Shown: piece by piece, positions 25,591 through 34,609 of the stretch
Layout: the number at the start of each line of letters is the position of its first letter
Position numbering within the stretch: position 1 is the first letter of the stretch
DNA from: Alphaproteobacteria bacterium
GTDB taxonomy: Bacteria; Pseudomonadota; Alphaproteobacteria; SHVV01
Direction: 5' to 3'
Length of the DNA: 64,000 nucleotides
Assembly (NCBI GenBank): GCA_965261735.1
Contig: OZ253470.1
Span: forward strand, 2,432,001 to 2,496,000
Made by a program: the position numbers and the translations under genes
The notes under the pieces: model-generated
The model's input: the letters and a program-made list of their open reading frames with translations, nothing else
Databases searched by the model: none
What the model was told of the DNA's origin: nothing

Positions 25591-27054
25591 ATGAGGAACC
25601 TTCCCGAGCAGAAGCTCTATATCGGCGGCGGCTACGTCGATGCCACCTCGGGCGAGGCCTTCGTCACGCGTAACCCGGCCGAGGGCGAGGTCATCTGCGA
25701 GGTCCAGGTGGCGGGCGCCGCCGATGTCGATGCGGCGGTCCACTCGGCCGCGGCGGGCTTCCGTGCCTGGTCGGCGATGCGCGGCGCCGAGCGCGGCCGT
25801 GTGCTCATGAAGGCGGTGGCGCTGCTGCGCGAGCGCAACCGCGAGCTCGCCGAGCTCGAGGTCGCCGATACCGGCAAGCCGATCGCCGAGGCGAGCACGG
25901 TCGACATTCACTCGGGCGCGGACTGCATCGAGTATTTCGCGGGGCTGGCGGCGAGCCTCCATGGCGAGCATTTCGAGCTCGGCACCGCCTTCGCTTACAC
26001 GCGGCGCGAGCCGCTCGGCGTGTGCGCCGGCATCGGCGCGTGGAACTACCCGCTACAGATCGCCTGCTGGAAGTCGGGGCCGGCGCTGGCGTGCGGCAAT
26101 GCCATGGTGTTCAAACCGGCCGAGCAGACCCCGCTGAGCGCGCCTAAGCTCGCCGAGATCTACAGCGAGGCCGGCGTGCCCGACGGTGTATTCAACGTCG
26201 TTCAGGGCGCCGCGGCCACCGGACAGCTGCTGTCGCGCCACGTGGGTATCGCCAAGGTCTCGTTGACCGGCGAGGCGGCGACTGGAAAACAGGTGATGGC
26301 CGATGCCGCGGGTACGCTGAAGCACGTCACCATGGAGCTCGGCGGTAAATCGCCCCTCGTGATCTTTGCCGATGCCGACCTCGACAACGCGGTCTCGGCC
26401 GCACTCATGGCGAACTTCTATACCCAGGGCGAGATCTGTTCGAACGGCACCCGGGTCTTCGTCGAGGAGCCGATCCACGATGCGTTCGTGGCCAAGCTCA
26501 CGGCCCGTGTCGCCAACATGAAGGTCGGCGATCCGATGGACCCGGAGACGACCATCGGCGCCCTCATCAGCGAGGATCACCGCGCCAAGGTGCTGAGCTA
26601 CGTGGCCGGGGCCGAGCGCGAAGGCGCGAGGCTCATCGCCGGCGGCGCCGCGCCGAGCGACCCGGCGCTGGCCAAGGGCTACTTCGTCATGCCGACCGTG
26701 TTCGACCGTTGCACCGACGACATGACGATCGTGCGCGAGGAGATCTTCGGCCCCGTGATGGCCGTCCTCACCTTCCGCGACGAGGACGAGGTCGTGGCCC
26801 GCGCCAACGCCTCGGACTATGGCCTCGCCGCCGGCGTCTTCACCCGCGACATCACGCGCGCCCATCGCGTCGTCGCCCGCTTCGAGGCCGGCACCTGCTG
26901 GATCAACAATTACAACATTACGCCCATCGAGATGCCCTTCGGCGGCACCAAGCACTCGGGCTTGGGGCGCGAGAACAGCCTGGTCACGATCGGCCACTAC
27001 ACGCAGCTCAAGAGCGTCTACGTCGAGATGGGCGACGTCGAGGCGCCGTTCTGA
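25591..27054 (+). CDS. betB: Betaine aldehyde dehydrogenase
   Basis: [56 protein letters not shown] motifs. Confidence 0.93.
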   Translation: MRNLPEQKLYIGGGYVDATSGEAFVTRNPAEGEVICEVQVAGAADVDAAVHSAAAGFRAWSAMRGAERGRVLMKAVALLRERNRELAELEVADTGKPIAEASTVDIHSGADCIEYFAGLAASLHGEHFELGTAFAYTRREPLGVCAGIGAWNYPLQIACWKSGPALACGNAMVFKPAEQTPLSAPKLAEIYSEAGVPDGVFNVVQGAAATGQLLSRHVGIAKVSLTGEAATGKQVMADAAGTLKHVTMELGGKSPLVIFADADLDNAVSAALMANFYTQGEICSNGTRVFVEEPIHDAFVAKLTARVANMKVGDPMDPETTIGALISEDHRAKVLSYVAGAEREGARLIAGGAAPSDPALAKGYFVMPTVFDRCTDDMTIVREEIFGPVMAVLTFRDEDEVVARANASDYGLAAGVFTRDITRAHRVVARFEAGTCWINNYNITPIEMPFGGTKHSGLGRENSLVTIGHYTQLKSVYVEMGDVEAPF

Positions 27055-27085
27055 GCGGGCCGCACGCCGGCGGGGAGGGAAGGCG

Positions 27086-27922
27086 ATGAGCGATAGGTTC
27101 CTCGCTGGGCGTGTAGCCTTGGTGACGGGCGGCGCCTCTGGCATGGGCCGGGCGATGGCGCTTGCGTTTGCCGGCGCCGGCGCCCAGGTGGCCATCGGCT
27201 CGCTACTGGCCGATCGGGCCGATCGCGCGGCGGAGGGCGAGCTCGCGCACCTGCCGGGGCGCGAGGCCCCCGACGCCGCCGCGCGAGACATCGAAGCACT
27301 CGGCGGCCAGGCGCTGGCGATGGAGCTCGACGTCACCTCGTCCGAATCGGTGGCCGCGTTCCACGGAGCTGCGCTCGCGCGCTTCGGCAAGGTCGACATC
27401 CTCGCCAACGCGGCCGGCATCACGGCCGAACAGACCATCGTCGGCCACGAAGACGCCCTGTGGCACAAGGTAGTCGACGTCAACCTCAACGGCACCTACC
27501 GGACCATCAAGCAATGTCTTCCCGGCATGATCGAGCGTGGCTGGGGCCGCATTGTCAACATCGCGTCCACGGCCGCGTCGGTGGGGGCGCCGACGTCTGC
27601 TGCCTACGCCGCCGCCAAGGCCGGCGTCGTCGGGCTCACCCGCTGCGTGGCCCTCGAGGGCGCCCCGCACGGCGTCTCCTGCAACGCCATCAGCCCGACC
27701 TGGGTGGAGACCGATTTCGGTCGCCGGTGGATGTCCGATATCGCCGAGAAGCAGGAGGGCCGAGCCGGCGCGGAGTATATCGCCGAGGTCAAGGCGAGCA
27801 ATCCGCAGCGGCGGCTGATCCAGCCCGGCGAGGTCGGCGCGCTGGCGCTGTTCCTGTGTCGCGACGAGGCCCTGGGCCTGACGATGCAGGATCTCGTGGT
27901 CTCCGGCGGCTCGTTATGGTGA
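27086..27922 (+). CDS. SDR-family oxidoreductase (3-hydroxybutyrate dehydrogenase-like)
   Basis: TGGASGMG, NAAG, IVNIAS and YAAAK catalytic motifs. Confidence 0.9.
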   Translation: MSDRFLAGRVALVTGGASGMGRAMALAFAGAGAQVAIGSLLADRADRAAEGELAHLPGREAPDAAARDIEALGGQALAMELDVTSSESVAAFHGAALARFGKVDILANAAGITAEQTIVGHEDALWHKVVDVNLNGTYRTIKQCLPGMIERGWGRIVNIASTAASVGAPTSAAYAAAKAGVVGLTRCVALEGAPHGVSCNAISPTWVETDFGRRWMSDIAEKQEGRAGAEYIAEVKASNPQRRLIQPGEVGALALFLCRDEALGLTMQDLVVSGGSLW

Positions 27923-28030
27923 CGCCCGGCGCGCGCGCCGTTCACGACAATTTGGGCGAATTCGGTCACACTTAACGCCCTTGAGCCAGGGGATCGACGC
28001 CCGGCACTACCGGGTAAGGAGGAGCGTTCC

Positions 28031-29248
28031 ATGAACCAATTGAAAGCGCGTAGCGTTCCCGTAAACCTGCGCCAGAGCGGCAACAGCGATGCCCGTATGC
28101 TGATCTCGACCCGCGTGCGCAAGTCGCCCTATTGGCACCTGTCCAAGGCCGCCGGCTGCCGCGCCTACACCGTGTACAACCACATGTACCATCCGCGCTC
28201 CTACGTCAGGCCCGAGGACGGCGGCCTGCTCAAGGAATACGAGCACCTCACCACGCACGTCAGCATGTGGGACGTCGCCGTCGAGCGGCAGGTGCAGATC
28301 AAGGGGCCCGACGCGCTCGCCTTCACCAACCTGCTGGTGACTCGCGACCTCACCAAGAAGTGCCCGGTCAACCAGGCCCGCTACGTCATCCTGTGCGACG
28401 AGCGCGGCGGCATCATCAGCGATCCCGTCCTGCTCCGCGTCGCCGAGGACGAGTTCTGGCTGAGCATCTCCGACAGCGACACGCTGCTGTGGGCACGGGG
28501 CGTGAACTACAAGGTGGGCTACGACATCGAGGTCAACGAGATCGATGTCGCCCCGATACAGATCCAGGGCCCGAAATCGAAAGACCTGATGCGCAAGCTG
28601 TGCGGCGACGACATTCTCGAGGTGCGCTACTACGGCCTGTGGCAGACTAAGCTCGCCGGCATGGACGTCGTTATTTCGCGCACCGGATGGTCGGCGGAGG
28701 TGGGCTACGAGATCTACCTAAAAAATGCCATGACCAACGCCGACAAGCTATGGAACCTGGTGCTCGAGGCGGGCGAGGAATTCAACCTGAAAGTCATTGC
28801 GCCGAGCCACATCCGCAGGCTCGAGGCGGGTATCCTCTCCTACGGCCAGGACATGGACCTCGAAACCAATCCGTTCGAGGTCGGCCTCGACTGGCAGGTC
28901 GACCTATCCAAACCCGACTTCATCGGCAAGCCGGCGCTGGCCGAGATCAAGGAGCGCGGCGTGAGCCAACGCCTCGTCGGGCTCAAGATGGGGGGCGAGC
29001 CGATCGATTGGTATATCCCGGACTTCTGGATCGTGCGCGACGGCGGCGGCGCCGAGGTGGGCTACGTCACCAGCGCGTTCTACTCGCCCAAACTGGAGTC
29101 GAACATTGCGCTGGCCATGCTGCCGAACGCCTGCAACGCGCTCGGCACGCCGCTGAGCGTGGCCATACCCGATCGTGGCGAGGCGGTGGCGGCGACCGTG
29201 GTGGAAACCCCGTTCTACGATCCCAAGAAGGCAATCCCGGCAGCCTAG
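28031..29248 (+). CDS. GcvT/DmdA-like folate-dependent aminomethyltransferase/demethylase
   Basis: RKSPY...YTVYNHM, WDVAVERQVQIKGPDA, SRTGWSAEVGYEIY, RRLEAGILSYG motifs; AAGGAGG RBS. Confidence 0.88.
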   Translation: MNQLKARSVPVNLRQSGNSDARMLISTRVRKSPYWHLSKAAGCRAYTVYNHMYHPRSYVRPEDGGLLKEYEHLTTHVSMWDVAVERQVQIKGPDALAFTNLLVTRDLTKKCPVNQARYVILCDERGGIISDPVLLRVAEDEFWLSISDSDTLLWARGVNYKVGYDIEVNEIDVAPIQIQGPKSKDLMRKLCGDDILEVRYYGLWQTKLAGMDVVISRTGWSAEVGYEIYLKNAMTNADKLWNLVLEAGEEFNLKVIAPSHIRRLEAGILSYGQDMDLETNPFEVGLDWQVDLSKPDFIGKPALAEIKERGVSQRLVGLKMGGEPIDWYIPDFWIVRDGGGAEVGYVTSAFYSPKLESNIALAMLPNACNALGTPLSVAIPDRGEAVAATVVETPFYDPKKAIPAA

Positions 29249-29283
29249 GCGCAAGGCGCCCACCGACGGGCCGAGGACGCGAC

Positions 29284-30216
29284 ATGGCGACATCGCGCAA
29301 AGTGATCATCACCTGCGCCGTCACCGGGGCGGCGCACACGCCGACCATGTCGCCGCACCTCCCGTGCACGCCCGATGAGATCGCCCGCGATTCGGTCGCC
29401 GCCGCCGAAGCCGGTGCGGCCGTCATCCACGTCCATGCGCGCGAGCCCGACGGCAAGCCGACCAGCGACGTGGACGTGTTCATGGAGTTCCTACCCCGCA
29501 TCAAGCAGGGGTGCGACGCGATCGTCAGTATCTCCAGCGGCGGCGGCACGGGCATGAGCGTGGAAGAGCGCCTCGCGGCGGTATTCCGCGCCGAGCCCGA
29601 ACTCACCACCCTCAACCTGGGCACGATGAACTTCGGCTACTACCCGATGATCGAGCGGCATCGCGGCCAGTGGCGCCATGACTGGGAGGAGCCCTATCTC
29701 GAGAGCTCGCGCTCCGAGCCCTTTATCAGCACGTTTGCCGGCATGGAGTCCATGATCGAGAAGGTCGGCGAACTCGGCACCCGGTTCGAGTTCGAAGCCT
29801 ACGACGTTGGCCACCTCTACACGCTCGCCCATTTCGCCGATCGCGCGCTGGTCAAGCCGCCGCTGTTCGTCCAGACCATTTTCGGCAACCTCGGCGGTAT
29901 CGGCACCGACATCGACAACCTCGTGTTCATGAAGCGCACCGCCGACCGCCTGTTCGGCGATGACTTCGTCTGGTCGGTGCTGGGCTCGGGCCGGCACCAA
30001 TTCGGGCTGGTGACGACCGGCGCCATCATGGGCGCCAATATCCGCGTCGGCCTCGAGGACAACCTCTACATCGCCAGGGGCGAACTCGCCGCGTCCAACG
30101 CCGAGCAGGTCGCCAAGATCCGCCGCATTCTCGAAGAGCTATCGCTCGAAGTCGCGACGCCCGCCGAGGCGCGCGAGACCCTACAGGTCAAGGGCGCCGA
30201 TCGCGTCGCCTTCTAG
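29284..30216 (+). CDS. BKACE / 3-keto-5-aminohexanoate cleavage family protein (DUF849)
   Basis: KVIITCAVTGAAHTPTMSPHLP, HVHAR, FEAYDVGHL, IRVGLEDN motifs. Confidence 0.92.
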   Translation: MATSRKVIITCAVTGAAHTPTMSPHLPCTPDEIARDSVAAAEAGAAVIHVHAREPDGKPTSDVDVFMEFLPRIKQGCDAIVSISSGGGTGMSVEERLAAVFRAEPELTTLNLGTMNFGYYPMIERHRGQWRHDWEEPYLESSRSEPFISTFAGMESMIEKVGELGTRFEFEAYDVGHLYTLAHFADRALVKPPLFVQTIFGNLGGIGTDIDNLVFMKRTADRLFGDDFVWSVLGSGRHQFGLVTTGAIMGANIRVGLEDNLYIARGELAASNAEQVAKIRRILEELSLEVATPAEARETLQVKGADRVAF

Positions 30217-30231
30217 GGTCATGCATTCATG

Positions 30232-31336
30232 CTTGCCTTTCCGGTTAACGCCCATGACCGCTACATGTAGGGTGCCGCCACTCTCCCGAGTAAAGCTCGG
30301 CATAGGTTGGAGCAGAGGTGTCGCCCGCGATGCCGAGCAATGAGCGGAAGGCGTTGAACGGGTAGAACCGCCTGTTGAAGCGGAAGGTGAACTCGTTGAG
30401 GTAGGCTTGTAGGTGCTGGTGGCTAACGCCGTGGTGGATATCGATCAGCCACGTCTTCAGGTTGGCGAAAACCAGATGGATGATCGGCAGGTATTGCTCG
30501 GCAACCTCTGGATCACCACACTCGGCAACAGCGAAGTGCTCATAGCCGCGCTTACCGAGGCCAGCATAGCCGCTCCAATCGTCAGTAACGATCAGCGATC
30601 GCGGCGCGACGGTGCTCTCGACGAACCCACAGAGCGACTCGGCGCTACGGTCGAGCACGACGGCGAGCCGAACGCGTCCGGCATAGCGTCCGTCTTTCCG
30701 GTTGTCGAGCTTGGTGCCCGGCTTTCGATGACGCACCTCGATGGCACAGGAGACGGGAACCTTGTGGTGAACACCACGGCCTTCCCCACGCGTTCGCCCG
30801 CCAACCCAGGTTTCGTCCACCTCAACATGGTTCTTGGGCTGTCCACCGATCCTGTCTTGGTTGGGCCGCACCATGCCCGAGCGGAGCTTGTGGAGAATTT
30901 GAAAGGCCGTCTCGTAGCGCGAAAGACCAAGTTGCCGCTGAAACTGCACGGCGGACATGCCGGGCGTCTGACTGGCGACCAGATAAGCGGCCCAGAACCA
31001 GACGTTCAGCGGAGTGTGGCTACGCTCCATCACTGTTCCCACCGTCAGCCCGGTGTTCTGGCGGCACTTGCGGCAGCGCAGGACGCCAGGGCGGTTTTCA
31101 AAGTGGAACGGCTCTCCCGCCGTGCCGCAGTGCGGGCAGGCAAAGCCGTCTCCCCAGCGGGCTTTCTCCAGGTAGGCGGCGCAGGCCGCATCATCGGGGA
31201 AAAGTCGCTGGAACTCGGGTAGCGAATGCGGGAATGGGAGATCGGCGCGGTCGAGAACATCCATGGCGCGCTCCCCTATATCCGGGTTGCGCCCATTCTA
31301 GCCCTAGTGGGTGTGGGTGTAACCCGGATAGGCAAG
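30232..31336 (-). mobile_element. IS1595-family element, copy 2 (1105 bp), no TSD
   Basis: Near-identical to copy 1 in the opposite orientation; both IRs present; flanks CATTCATG and AGTTCTTC do not match. Confidence 0.95.
30245..31264 (-). CDS. IS1595-family transposase
   Basis: 339 aa; differs from copy 1 at G>D (LIDIHH) and the final residue. Confidence 0.95.
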   Translation of the reverse strand: MDVLDRADLPFPHSLPEFQRLFPDDAACAAYLEKARWGDGFACPHCGTAGEPFHFENRPGVLRCRKCRQNTGLTVGTVMERSHTPLNVWFWAAYLVASQTPGMSAVQFQRQLGLSRYETAFQILHKLRSGMVRPNQDRIGGQPKNHVEVDETWVGGRTRGEGRGVHHKVPVSCAIEVRHRKPGTKLDNRKDGRYAGRVRLAVVLDRSAESLCGFVESTVAPRSLIVTDDWSGYAGLGKRGYEHFAVAECGDPEVAEQYLPIIHLVFANLKTWLIDIHHGVSHQHLQAYLNEFTFRFNRRFYPFNAFRSLLGIAGDTSAPTYAELYSGEWRHPTCSGHGR

Positions 31337-31566
31337 AGTTCTTCTTGGCTAGCTTCACCATCCGGCTGATGGTGCAAGTATCTCAGGACGGCCACGGACA
31401 TTTCGAATTCGGTGGTTCTTCCGATCTTGCTGGGCACGATTCGCCTTCCTTTGCGTCAATAGAAAGGCGCACTTGACGGGCGGTCAGGAATCCGCGATGA
31501 TTCTTCCTGACGCTGTTTCGCCGTTCCGCGCGCCTTCGTGGGTTTACGCGGGACCATCTGTTACCG

Positions 31567-31592
31567 AAAGCCTGGGGGCAACCAGGCTTTTT
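31567..31592 (+). terminator. Candidate intrinsic terminator
   Basis: AAAGCCTGG-gggcaa-CCAGGCTTT stem running into a T tract. Confidence 0.55.
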
Positions 31593-31860
31593 GGCGTTCA
31601 GTGGCATATGTCGTGGGTACTATAAGGAAATTCGCAACATCTCGTCAACCGAAATCAATACAAGCTTATAAGCCCCCAAAAAAAAGCAGTCCGCAACACG
31701 CTGAGGCGCCGCGCCGCGGCACGATGATGGTGCGAAAACAGAGGCCTAGGGGCGCCGGTTGACAGCCACGGGAGCCGCCAACTATGGTCCGCCGTCCTGC
31801 GCTCCATCGTTGATCCCCGGCGGCATGACCGTGGCGGGCAACGATTTGGAAATCCCTGAC

Positions 31861-31989
31861 ATGCAAGTATCGGTGCACGGCAAGCAGCTCGATGTAGGTG
31901 ATCCGCTGCGCGCCCAGCTGAGCGTGTTCTACCGGCGCGCCGACGGCAGCAGCGGTTGGATCGAACCGGGCCAATCCGGCGACGGCTGA
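31861..31989 (+). pseudogene. hpf: Ribosome hibernation promoting factor with a large internal deletion
   Basis: N-terminus MQVSVHGKQLDVGDPLR joined directly to the C-terminal LSVFYRRADGSSGWIEP of long HPF; canonical position upstream of ptsN. Confidence 0.85.
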
Positions 31990-32004
31990 CTTCAGGTACG
32001 GATC

Positions 32005-32469
32005 ATGGATATCGCCGATCTGCTGAGCCTCGAGGGCATCGTCGCCAACCTCAAGGCGACCAGCAAAAAGCAGGTGTTCCAGGAGTTGGCCGCCCGGGCG
32101 GCAACGCTGAGCGGCGCCGATCCGCGCCATATCTTCGATGTCCTGCTCGAGCGCGAGCGCCTCGGCACCACCGGGATCGGCCGCGGCATCGCCATCCCGC
32201 ACAGCAAGGTGACGGGAATCGAGACGCTCTACGGCCTGTTCGCGCGCCTCGAGCACCCGGTCGACTTTGCGGCGATCGACGAGCAGCCGGTCGATCTCGT
32301 GTTCCTGCTGCTCGCACCGCAATCGGCGGGTGCCGAGCACCTCAAGATTCTCGCCCGGATATCGCGCCTGTTGCGCGACGAGATGATGTGCGAAAAGCTG
32401 CGCGGCTCTCACACCGCGGATGCGATCTACGCTCTGCTCACCGAAACCGCCTCCTCACACGCCGCCTAG
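32005..32469 (+). CDS. ptsN: PTS IIA-like nitrogen regulatory protein
   Basis: RERLGTTGIGRGIAIPH phospho-His motif, IDEQPVDLVFLLLAP, HLK.LARISR. Confidence 0.95.
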   Translation: MDIADLLSLEGIVANLKATSKKQVFQELAARAATLSGADPRHIFDVLLERERLGTTGIGRGIAIPHSKVTGIETLYGLFARLEHPVDFAAIDEQPVDLVFLLLAPQSAGAEHLKILARISRLLRDEMMCEKLRGSHTADAIYALLTETASSHAA

Positions 32470-33546
32470 CGCGCAGAACACCAGGACCTTGTCGGCCGCC
32501 GTCGTTTCCTGGGCGAGCTCGTCCATGGTGCTGCGCCGCGCGCCATCCATCACGTCGCCCTCGCCGATGCCGCGGGCGTCCATGCAGGTGCCGCACAGCA
32601 GCACCTGGCCGCCGCCCGAGGTCACGCGCCTCAACATACGCTCGACGTTGTAATACCCGTTCGGCGTCTTCTGCCCCCTGCGCGCCGCGGCGACCGCATC
32701 GGCCATCAGGAACACGGAGACCTGCGGTGCCGAACCGCCCTTGAGCGGCGCATGCGCGAGGCGTAGCGCGTTGTAGCAGCGCTCCGTCCCGTAGGGCGGA
32801 TCGTTGAGCGGGTCGACCGCCTGCTCGAACAGGGGAATTCGGGTTTCATCCCAGAGCACCCGACCGAATGCGAAGGGCGCGTTGGCGCACGCCGCGAGGA
32901 TCGGTCCCGACACCATGAGAGACGCGTTGTAGTAGCGGTGCGCCAGACGCGCCGGCGTCTTGAGGTGGATCTGGAACGCCGTCGTCGCCGCCTCCGGCAT
33001 GACGTCCCTGTGCTCCGTGACGAGCCGCTCGCGCCCGCCGATGTCGATCTTGAGCGGCCGGCCGTGGCGCTGGCGCAGCACCTCTCTGTTGAGCTCGTAA
33101 TAGCGCTTCAGGGGCGAAATATTGGCGACGGAGAGATCTTCGCCGCGTAGCGTCGGCAGCGTGCCGATCAGCACCATGTTGGCATTGAGCCCATGGGCGA
33201 CAGCATTGGAGTGGGACCAAAGATCGCTGAGCTCGGCGGTCGCCCGCCGCAGCACGTCGCCGCGGAGCTGCAGCGGGGTGGAATTCAGCTCCACGTTGAA
33301 GCGCGAACGTTTGGGCACGACGAGGGGATGGTCGAGCGCGTCGAGGAAGGCCTCGTTGATGGAGTACGGGAAAGTCCCGTGGTCCAGCAGCCAGGCCTCG
33401 ACCTCGAAGCCAATGGCGTAGCCCGTCTCCGAGAGTTCATTGCGGGCGAACAGATTGGAGGCATGCCGCGTTTCGTCGCGCAGCCGGCTCTGGAACTGGT
33501 CGAAATCGGAGGGATCGAACAGTGTTTGTTCGATTTCTTCGCCCAT
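32455..33546 (-). pseudogene. Chimera: truncated glutamate-cysteine ligase-like protein fused in frame to a DsrE/YchN-family protein
   Basis: IGFEVEAWLLD, FNVELN, EAATTAFQIHL, WDETRIPLFEQAV (GCS2-like), then from about 32810 LNDPPYGTERCYNALRLA...FLMADAV...CGTCMDARG...ADKVLVF (DsrE/YchN). The expected stop reads TGC and the ORF runs into ptsN. Confidence 0.78.
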
Positions 33547-33674
33547 CGGCCGCCTCAATGCCCGCGTCTGCTTGGCGCGGGGTCAAACGCGACGCACGCC
33601 CCCGCTTGCGTCATGGCGCCGCGCGCCGTCTTCGAGCCGGATACCCTCGGCCGGAGCGCCGATTCTCACCCAAC

Positions 33675-33890
33675 CTAGTGGACGCTGACGGGATCGAGAT
33701 CGTTCTGGATGGCGACCGCGAATGCGGCCCCGCGGCTCGCCACGACGGCGATCCGTGTGCCGTCGGCGGCGAACAGGGCATACAGCGACGACCCCTCCCA
33801 CACGACCGGCTTGACGTAGGCGAGATCGGGCGCACCCCAAGTGGCCAGCGCTTCCGGCGATATCGCGTTGATGTGGGACGTGCGCGTCAT
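33675..33890 (-). CDS. DUF1150-family protein
   Basis: LAYVKPV, YALFAADG, C-terminal PVSVH; translationally coupled to Hsp20. Confidence 0.85.
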   Translation of the reverse strand: MTRTSHINAISPEALATWGAPDLAYVKPVVWEGSSLYALFAADGTRIAVVASRGAAFAVAIQNDLDPVSVH

Positions 33891-34387
33891 GCCTCGCCTC
33901 CTTCTGCGCGGGAATCTGGCGCGTCGCTGGCGCCCGCGTCCACCGCCACGAGCGTCGCTTTGGCCCGCTTGCTCTTGCTGCTCGCGATCTCGATGTTGCG
34001 GACGCGCGCCACCGGGCGCGGGCGTACCAGATCGACCGCAAGGAGGCCGTTATCGAGGCTCGCGCCCTGGACCTCGATCCCCTCGGCGAGCACAAAGGCA
34101 CGCTGGAACTGGCGCGCGGCGATACCGCGGTGGATGAACACGCGCTCGGCGCCCTCGTCCGCCTGCTTGCCGCGGATGATGAGCTGGTTGTCCTCGACCG
34201 TGATCGACAGATCGGCGACGCCGAAACCGGCGACCGCCACGGTGATGCGCAGCCGGTCGGGGCCGATCTGCTCGATATTGTAGGGCGGGTAGCCATCGCC
34301 GACCGATTTCGTCACGCGATCGACGGTGCGCTCGAAATGCTCGAATCCGAGCAGCAGCGGGCTATTGAAGACGGAAAGCCGCGTCAT
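33887..34387 (-). CDS. Hsp20 small heat shock protein (IbpA-like)
   Basis: SPLLLGFE, YPPYNIE, AVAGF, HRGIAARQFQRAF, LDNGLL motifs. Confidence 0.95.
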   Translation of the reverse strand: MTRLSVFNSPLLLGFEHFERTVDRVTKSVGDGYPPYNIEQIGPDRLRITVAVAGFGVADLSITVEDNQLIIRGKQADEGAERVFIHRGIAARQFQRAFVLAEGIEVQGASLDNGLLAVDLVRPRPVARVRNIEIASSKSKRAKATLVAVDAGASDAPDSRAEGGEA

Positions 34388-34487
34388 GGTGGCTGACCTC
34401 CTCGAGAACGAGCGAGCGCGCCGGTGGCAGCCAACTTACGGCGCTCCACCAGCGCCAACCTGCGGCAGCCCGAACGGCACCGCCGCC
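34388..34487 (-). promoter_or_regulatory. ROSE-like RNA thermometer in the Hsp20 5' UTR
   Basis: SD-sequestering hairpin CUC-G(bulge)-CUCG-uucu-CGAG-GAG at 34398-34416 contains the UCGCU/AGGA ROSE pairing; 5' boundary approximate. Confidence 0.7.
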
Positions 34488-34493
34488 CCATAA

Positions 34494-34521
34494 ATGTAGG
34501 CGTGGCCGCGGCTCTTTCAAG
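34494..34521 (-). promoter_or_regulatory. RpoH (sigma32)-type promoter
   Basis: CTTGAA-N15-CCTACAT upstream of Hsp20 matches the alphaproteobacterial RpoH consensus. Confidence 0.75.
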
Positions 34522-34609
34522 GCGGCGCCGGCTAGCCGGCCGGGCGCCCGTGCTGCTACAAGTGGTCGGCGCAGGCGCGCCCGGCCGCGCCACCAGAGGG
34601 GAGCAAATC

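Noticed and set aside
31440-31860. Intergenic region upstream of hpf as an sRNA or rpoN remnant
   Set aside because: Only a terminator-like hairpin is visible; I could not recognise an RpoN-box peptide or an RNA family.
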